Source of the DNA: Octopus vulgaris
Lineage: Eukaryota
DNA: 64,000 bases
Direction of reading: 5' to 3'
Assembly: GCA_951406725.2 (NCBI GenBank)
Contig: OX597827.1
Span: forward strand, 1,798,001 to 1,862,000
Shown: piece after piece, positions 55,510 to 64,000 of the stretch
Layout: each line of letters opens with the position of its first letter
How positions within the stretch are numbered: position 1 is the first letter of the stretch
Made by a program: the position numbers and the translations under genes
The notes under the pieces: model-generated
Told to the model about the DNA's origin: nothing
What the model saw: only the letters and a program-made list of their open reading frames with translations
Database searches by the model: none

Positions 55510-55754
55510 ATGTATGTTTGTATGTTTGTGTGTGTGTATGTATGTGTGTGTGTGTGTATGTGTGTGTGTGAATCGTTATCGATTTTCTTCCTCCGTCTTC
55601 CTTTCTATTGGACTTTCCTCTGCTTCTGAAGAAGAGCGTTGCTCAAAACGTTAAACCATCTTACTTTCTTTCCCTGAGCGTCTACTAATACTTTACATGT
55701 ACCACGTCCTCGCGCTGTTATGTTTTTTGTATATGTTCTTTTTTGGGGATGTAC

Positions 55755-55839
<85 letters not shown>

Positions 55840-55948
55840 TTTATTAAAAAGTAGAAAAATATCATTTTTGCTGCTTTTTAATAATGCATACCTCCGGTAT
55901 TCGATTACTATCTTTTCCACCTTGCTTCGCATTTATGTGCTTGCTCCG

Positions 55949-56023
<75 letters not shown>

Positions 56024-56061
56024 CCGTTGGAAAGCCGATTATAGCAACGACTCCATCAAAG

Positions 56062-56100
56062 GATATCTGAAGAAGGAATATTATTCCGAAATATCATATC
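56062..56100 (+). ncRNA. Minimal type-I hammerhead-like motif, intact core
   Basis: GATAT-CTGAAGA-A-GGAAT-ATT-ATTCC-GAAAT-ATC-ATATC; perfect 5-bp stems I and II. Confidence 0.7.
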
Positions 56101-56299
56101 AGACTATAGATGACTAAATTTCAACAGGTATATATATCCCGTTGTTTGTATTATAGTGCATTGTTGTACCATTCAAATCTTTTTATTCTTTATATATATT
56201 AGAAATGGATACCAAAATAATAAATTGAGCAATTAAATAATTTAATCGTTAAATGATAAAATCTTCTGGACGCTGGTGGAATTCAGTGAAACCAAGGTA

Positions 56300-57350
56300 T
56301 TCGGCGGGTTTTAATTACTCCCTATTTGAATAACTCTCCAAACGCATTTGTCCGGGAGATTTAATTCTGGAAAATTTGGAAGCCACAAGTTTGGTCCTAC
56401 ATAATCGTCAGATTGTCTGATATCCCCTCTTGAGTTACTTCGGTTTTGTGAGAAGGTGCTAAGCCTTGTATTGCCCTACACTGCGTACCTTATTCACCCA
56501 GGGTTTAACAGTTGCCTTGCAGTTGCACCGAAAACCTCTAAACCAGGGCTCTTCAAACAGAAAGTTATGGCGATTGTTTGGTGGTGTTCTGCTGGACTCA
56601 TTTACTATAACTTCTTAAAACCCGGAAAAACCATTACTGCATAAACATAATGCCATGAAATTGCCAAAATGAACGAAAACTTGATACTCCTCAGTGTATC
56701 AGGCGCCATTAATTAGGAGACACTGCAAAAAAGATGTGAGGTAACATGGCATGACACTTCCTTCGTTACGCAGCACCCCTAAAGTCATTAAAGTTGAAGG
56801 GAAATTCAGTATAGATCACTCTGGGCACATACGAAGAATCTACACACAACCATCTAGCATTCCTCCTGCTTGACATTCGAGGAGATCAGAAGAATGCTAT
56901 ATTCGTGAATGTTTTTAATCTCGTCAAGTAAACACTTTGCACGGATCGAACGGTTTTCCTGCATGTTTTGAGACATAAATTGGTCTTTCCTCAGTACAAA
57001 CGACTTGTATCGAGTGCCATCTGCAACTCAGTTCTACTAGTCTCTTCCGACTTCTCAAGTTCTTTGGCGATGGCCCCATTGATTTTGTGGGATCATCAGA
57101 AAAAAAATGATTTGAACCCGTTGCATGTATTGCGAGGTCCTTAAAGAATCCGAAGATTTTAGAATGTTTATTTCTCTTGGATGCAATTGAAACGTTCCAG
57201 TCAGAAGCTTCCGAACTTTGTGTACAAAAGATCTTGTAATATTTAGAATGTTGGCAGTTTCTAAATCGCTGTGTTGGCAGCACGGACGGCAACAACGACT
57301 GCAAGTAATTTTTTGTGTTGTTTTGTATGCAATGGTGGATCTGAAAGAAA
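56300..57350 (-). mobile_element. Degenerate Tc1/maT-like element with a nested mariner fragment (+, ~56520-56700)
   Basis: ANILNITRSFVHKVRK, DDPTKSM..IAKEL, RYKSFVLRKDQF, PSTLMTLG, LWLPNFPELN; the nested piece reads KVMAIVWWCSAGLIYYNFLKPGKTITA. Confidence 0.65.
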
Positions 57351-57512
57351 TAAAAACTTTTTAATGTTTGATGAGATCATTATGCGATAATTAAGTGCCT
57401 TGAAATAACCTTCGCACACATTATATACATATGCCTAATCCATATGCATACACACATGCTTAGACACACGCCTATGATTGTATGTGTGTGTGTATAAATA
57501 TATACACGCAAA

Positions 57513-57551
<39 letters not shown>

Positions 57552-57841
57552 TATTTAAATATCAGTATATGTGGATGTGTGTGTATGTATATATACATAC
57601 ACACACACATACACACACACACACACAAACGCATATATGTATGTATGTAAATGTCAGTATATGCGTATGTGTGTGTGTGTGTTTGTATGGGTGTGAAACA
57701 GGCATACAGCGATAGAGAGAATAGAAGAGAAAGAGAAAGAGGGCGAATGAGAGGGAGTGAAAGAGAGAGCGAGAGATAGATAGAAAAATAGATAGATAAA
57801 GAGATAGATAGATAGATAAATAGATATATAGACAGATAGAC

Positions 57842-57890
<49 letters not shown>

Positions 57891-58914
57891 AGGGTACGTA
57901 TTTTTGCTGACGTACGGTTAGACATGTAAACATCTCCGAGAAAACCCGATAAACCGGTTCATTCAAACAAACATCCTTGTGGTTATTTGTTCTGCCCGTG
58001 TTGCACCGACGTTCCTTTGTTACTCTCGTCATTCATTGGTTAGTGAACCGTTCATTGATTAGTTCGTTACAACAATAATCTAACGAACGAACCTATTGTT
58101 TACAAAATGAAATATAGAATAAATAAATAATTGGAGAGTATTAAAATACTCGTCGCAAAACTCCTTGCAAGCGTTGCTTATTCGCTCAGTTAATGAAATA
58201 TGAGCATTATTGAATTAGCAAAGTTAAACATGGCCTGGGTCAATAATGGCCAAAACCTGTCAAAGTGACCTGATTCATATACAAACATACATACATACAT
58301 ACACACATTCATACATACATACATACATACATACATACATACATACATACATACATACATACATGCATGCATGCATGCATCCATCCATCCATCCATCCAT
58401 CCATCCATCCATCCATCCATACATACATACATACATACATACATACATACATACATACATACATACATACATACATACATACATACATACACACTTATAG
58501 ACACATATTTGTATGCGTGATAATATATATATTTTGTGTGGTAAGAAGCTTGTTTTCCAACCATGTGGTTCTGGGCTCAGTCCCACTTCGGTGCAACTTG
58601 GGCAAACGTCTTCTGATATAGCTTCGAGCCGAGTGGATTTGGTAGATGGAAACTGAAAGAATAAATATATGTAGAACAACTGGTGATGTGTATTTACGTC
58701 CCCGTAAGTTGGCGGTTCACCAAAAGAGATCGATAGAATAAGTACCAGACATTAAAAAATAAGTAGTGGGGGCCATTCATTCGACTAAAAATTCGAGGCG
58801 ATGTCCCAGCATGGACTCAGTCTAATGACTGAAACAAGTGAAGGTTAAATGATAAAAGATACAAACATATATATATATATATATATATTATTTCTCTCCA
58901 TCTCTCTCTCTGTA

Positions 58915-58984
<70 letters not shown>

Positions 58985-58988
58985 TAGA

Positions 58989-59100
<112 letters not shown>

Positions 59101-59398
59101 ATATAACTTAAATGACTTTAGATATGTTTAAACAAAAACTCCCTCTAAACATTTTCTTATCATTGTCAAAGATTCTATTTCTTAACATTTTCTTATCATT
59201 GTCAAACACTGTATCACTGTATACATCTGTGATAACCATTTTTTAACACAAAATTTTACTTTTGAAAATCTTTTTTTTTAAAAAGTGAAACCGGTCAAGT
59301 CAATAAACATTTTTAAAAGACCTCAGCATTTTCAAATCCTCTTTACTATATATATATATACCTGTTGTTTATACATCTGTCTTCGTCTTTTGTTTTTC

Positions 59399-59485
<87 letters not shown>

Positions 59486-59499
59486 TGTGTGTGTGTGTG

Positions 59500-59715
59500 T
59501 GTGTGTGTGAGACCGTGTGTGTATCGTTGGCGATTTTCTTTCTCCGTCTTCCCTTCCTTAGACCTTTCCTTTTCCTATGTTTCTGACGAAGAGCTCCGCT
59601 CGAAACGTTAAATCCTCCTTCTTCTTCCCTTCCTTCCTGAGCGTCCAATAACACTATACTTGTTCCACGTCCTCGCGCTGTTGTGGTTTCTCTTTGTTCA
59701 TGTTTGGATTAACTC
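59500..59715 (+). mobile_element. Short repeat family H2 with a hammerhead-like motif (59579-59613); other copies ~54530-54735 (-) and ~55575-55760 (+)
   Basis: GTTT-CTGACGA-A-GAGC-TCC-GCTC-GAAAC-GTT-AAAT followed by shared CCTGAGCGTC..AATA..CCACGTCCTCGCGCTGTT. Confidence 0.7.
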
Positions 59716-59733
59716 TCTCTCTCTCTCTCTCTC

Positions 59734-59771
<38 letters not shown>

Positions 59772-60428
59772 TTCTGTAATTATTCAATAGATTTTGAAAT
59801 ACGCTTGTTGGTGTTGCTGTCGTTGTCATCATCTTCGTTGTTGTTTTTCTCCATGTCAGCCCTAATTATGCAGACCTTTTATAAAAGAATGTCCCAACCG
59901 TATTCGCTGTATCTTTCGTGATATCTAGGAATACATCCCCCATTGTTTCCCACTCAGTTTTAAGGCGGAAGAATGTAATTTGAGGGAGATTTGACTGCTA
60001 TTATTATAGCGTATTATAATATTCTATATTGTAACATTTACTGCCATCAATGGCCGCTCACAACTAACATGTCCAGCCTTCCTAATATTTGGGTATGTTT
60101 GTTTTACATCTCGTGTGTTTGTTTGTTTACATTCTTGGTTGATTAAATGTCCTTTCCAATATTCCAGAAACTCCTCGACCAAAGAAATGTAAATATTTTA
60201 TTGATTATTACGAAGAAAAACAAACAAAAGCGACAGAAAAAATGGCTTTGTTTGTTTCGTGAAATTTCGCCTCTTTAAAACTAGCTATTTGGATTGTGAG
60301 CACGGATTGCTGATCGGATCATCATGTCGTAATATTCTGAATAATATATTGCTTATACAAAAATCAGACGTCAGTTACACGGAAAACGAAATACAAATGG
60401 ATATATATAAATATCTAAAAAATAAATG

Positions 60429-60712
60429 AAGGAGGTGAGCTGGGAAAATCGTTAGCATGACGGGTAAAATGCTCAACGGCATTTCGTCCGTTTTAACGTT
60501 CTGAGTTCAAATTCCGCCGAGGTCAATTTTGCCTTTCATCCTTGAATATTGGGTGGAGCACTTGCAGAAAACAGCACTGCTTGGAACCGCTCGAATACTC
60601 CGGATGGGGTTCGAAAAATAAGGGGGGGGGCTTACATTAGTTCACTGGTAGTGAACAGCTGACCCCGTAGTACATCTCCAGCGTTACAAGCTCTGCAAAG
60701 ACAATAAAATAA
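60429..60712 (+). mobile_element. Chimera of a SINE family A head and an R4/Dong LINE 3' end
   Basis: SINE head to GCCTTTCATCC, then VEHLQKTALLGTARILRMGFEK* plus 3'UTR ending CAATAAAATAAT. Confidence 0.65.
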
Positions 60713-60972
60713 TCAAACAGGTAGAAAGATATATTTTTCAACACGTAAATACTGAACAATATATATAAAGGATAAATTCCTTTTAAGAGCAGAAGAATTT
60801 TATCCTTCATATATACTGTTTAGTATTTACGCGTTGAAAAACATATCTTTCTCCTTGTTCTACAATACATTTCAACGCTTCAAAAACAAACTTATGTTTG
60901 TTTACATATGGCGTAATAACAACAACAACAGCAACGACGACGGCGAAAACAACAACAACAACAATAATAATG

Positions 60973-61040
<68 letters not shown>

Positions 61041-61042
<2 letters not shown>

Positions 61043-63342
61043 GTTTTTTATAGAAAGCTAAACAAAAAACAATATCAATAGACACTATGCCAACAACATC
61101 CGCAATTCAGCCATACTGGGAAGCAATATGGAGCAAACCAAATAAATAAATAAACACAACCAAAATGTATTAGTAGGGAAAAGGAAAGAAAGAACACAAT
61201 AGAACAACAGATATGGTCCACCATCACTGACCAATGGATCACGGACACACTGAGGAGTGCCAGCAACTGGAAAACTCCAGAGATAGACAAGGTCCCCAAC
61301 TTCTGGTTGAAACATTTCACCAGTACCTATAACCACTTAGCGGCAGCATTAAATTTATTGATAAGTGAGCCAGAATCAACACCAAACTGGATGCTGGAAG
61401 GACAAACCACCCTAATTCCCCCAAACAAAGAGACCGTACATCCACAAAATTACAGACCAATGGCATGCCTATCAAGGTACCACAAAACCCTAACATCAGT
61501 CATCTGAACCAGCTTATAAAGCAATTGGAAAACAACGATATTTTACCAGAAGAACAAAAAGGGTGCCGGAGAGGGATGTATGGCTATAAGGAGCAACTTC
61601 TGGTAAACCGAGCCATTATAGAGGACTGTAAAAGGAGAAAGACAAACCTGAACGTGACTTGGATTGATTACCACAAGGCATTCAACAGTGTTCCACACTC
61701 ATGGATACTGGAATCTCTCCACAGTAATAAGGTCGCCCCACCATTACTAATGGCAAACTGGAAAGCCAATATACCATTAAAAGATGACTCGCAAGTTATT
61801 AAAACCTACCTTATACCAATAAGAAGAGGGATTTTCCAGGGAGACTCTCTGTCACCTCTGCTTTTCTACCTTTCTCTAACTCCGCTAACAAACTTATTAA
61901 ACCAAACCACCATGGGTTATAGGTGCCATGGACAATAAATAAACCGCCTCCCGTATATGGATGACCTAAAACCTTTCGTTAAAAGCACCATGGAATGGAA
62001 ACCTTATCGAAATTGTCCAAAGTTTCAGCAATGATATTGGAATGAGCGTGCATGGAGCTGAATAAATGTGTCAAAGTCACACTGAGAAGAGGCAAATTAT
62101 TCAGCACAGGAAACACTGCACTCGACATAGATACAGAAATTAGAGAATTAGACTACAACCGCCCATACAAATATCTAGGAATAGAAGAAACAGCTAAAAC
62201 GCAATACACAGAAATGAAAGCGAAAATTAGGAGAGAGAATTACAGAAGAGTTAGACTAATATGAAACACTGAACTTAATGCTAAAAATAAGATAATAGAG
62301 ATAAACACGCTAGTCATACCAGTCATAAATTACAGCTTTAACATAATAAACTGGAAGATCAGTGAATTTAGTGACCCAGATCGAAAAACCAGAAAACTAC
62401 TAACGGCGTATCGAAGTCACCACCCCGAAGCACACGCAGAAAAAAATATATCTATTCCGATCAGAAAGAGGCCGTAGCCTGACACAAATAGAGGACTGCT
62501 ATATAGTAACAACAGTTGGACTAGGAAAGTATTTAGAAGCAAACAATGCAAGACTACTGTATGTGGTAAAGCAACACAAGAAAAAGAAAACGCTTTTTTC
62601 ATGCACAAGGAGGCGACAAAATCCCAAACAGAAACTGACTACACTGACACACTGACACAATGACCTCAGATGATAACATAGAAGAAAAGGTCAGAGAGAA
62701 ATAATACAAAGGGAAAACTGAATTACAAGAGAAACTGAAGAAGAAATGGAGAGAAAAATCCCTTTATGGCCAATACCCTGCAAGGCTTGACAGAGAGGAA
62801 GTGAGCCAAAGTAAAAGCCAACAATGGTGCAAAAGCTCTGGACTAAAAGCTGAAACAGGACTGATTCTCACTGCACAAGACCAATGCCTCACTACAAACA
62901 ATTATAAAATCAAAATAAGGAAAACAGGCCTCAACATCAAATGCAGAATGTGTAACCAGCACAATGATATAGTTGACCACATCATCTCGGGCTGCCCAGT
63001 CCTTGCCAAGTCTGAATGTATATACAAACACGACAAAGTAAGCAGTGATATCTACTGGACAATATGCCAACATTACAACATCGAAACTGACAACAGGTGG
63101 TATAAGCATGTGCCAAGCAAGGTACAAGACAACGACCAGGCCTCAATCATCTGAGATATGCCGGTTATAACCGACAAAGAAATAAGGCTGATCACCCAGA
63201 CATAGTAGTCAGGTTTGGGGTAGAAATCACCTGCTTACTGATAGACATTGCTGTCCCTTCTGATCAAAATATTGTCAAAAAAGGAGTGGAGAAATTGTCA
63301 AAGTACAAAGACCTCAAAATTGAAGTATTGAAGATGTGGAGC
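61041..63342 (+). mobile_element. Degenerate R4/Dong-type LINE (RT, zinc knuckle, RLE) downstream of (TAA)n
   Basis: [82 protein letters not shown], with multiple frameshifts. Confidence 0.92.
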
Positions 63343-64000
63343 ATACCTCATCTTCTCCCATTATTCTATCCTTTTGCTCTTTCGTTTTCTCTCTTACTTT
63401 CTCTTCTCTCACTATTCCATCCTTCTACTCCTTCGTTTTCTCCCTTCTTTTCTCTTATTCTTTTACCTCCCCTTTTCCCTCTCTCTTTTTTCTCTCTTAT
63501 CCTGTCTTTAAATCTTTTCCTCTCCCCTTCACAGTTCTCTGTCTGTTACTCTCTCTCCCTCATTCTTCCTCCTTTGCTTAGCTGGCCCCCACGTGACCAT
63601 CGGCCATTTTTCTTTCTTCTCCTAACTTGTGTTTCTTTCTTTCTTCCTGTTTCAGCTGGACAGGGAAGACGTATTGTTCTCTGTCTCCTGTCCAGACTTG
63701 TTTCTTCGCGTTCGCCAGCACAACCTCGTTTAGGTCTAGCAGCCAATCCTGTTTCTTTTCCCTGTCCTGTTTTTGTTACCAATCTTGACCTTCCGTAAGA
63801 TCGCAAATTTGATTTAATTTGCTTTGTGGGAGTAACTGTTTTATCGAAGACGTATGTTGTCGTGAATTGCTCGAAATACAGATTAGAAAAACAGCCGACA
63901 AATGATGAAGGGTCATTCTTTGTGTTGCTTGTCTTGTTTCCATTTGCTTCTTCCGTTGCTTACAAAAAAGTCCTTATTCCATGTCTTCGTACTTCGTATT

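Overview
AT-rich, microsatellite-saturated eukaryotic DNA, most likely from an octopod cephalopod (Octopus-type protocadherin and tRNA-headed SINEs). The only intact gene segment is a minus-strand protocadherin large exon (~3551..1075: signal peptide, 6 cadherin repeats, TM, start of the cytoplasmic tail). It splices out of the window at a GAG|GTAAGT donor and may have a 5'UTR exon near 20.6-21 kb. The rest is decayed mobile DNA: Tc1/mariner relics, a hAT-like transposase, a Helitron Rep fragment, R4/Dong-type RLE LINEs in (TAA)n tracts, a CR1-group LINE end, GIY-YIG (Penelope-like) fragments and many SINEs. Almost all short ORFs in the track are microsatellite artefacts. The main unexplained signal is about 17 minimal type-I hammerhead-ribozyme-like motifs, read by eye, from roughly nine unrelated sequence contexts. 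They sit in short non-coding elements that abut (TA)n tracts and often form head-to-head fold-back palindromes. One locus is a circularly permuted unit that starts at the predicted cleavage site, and one is a tRNA-headed element with a hammerhead tail. The inference is a Penelope-dependent, retrozyme-like system of non-autonomous elements. None of the folds or activities has been computed or tested.
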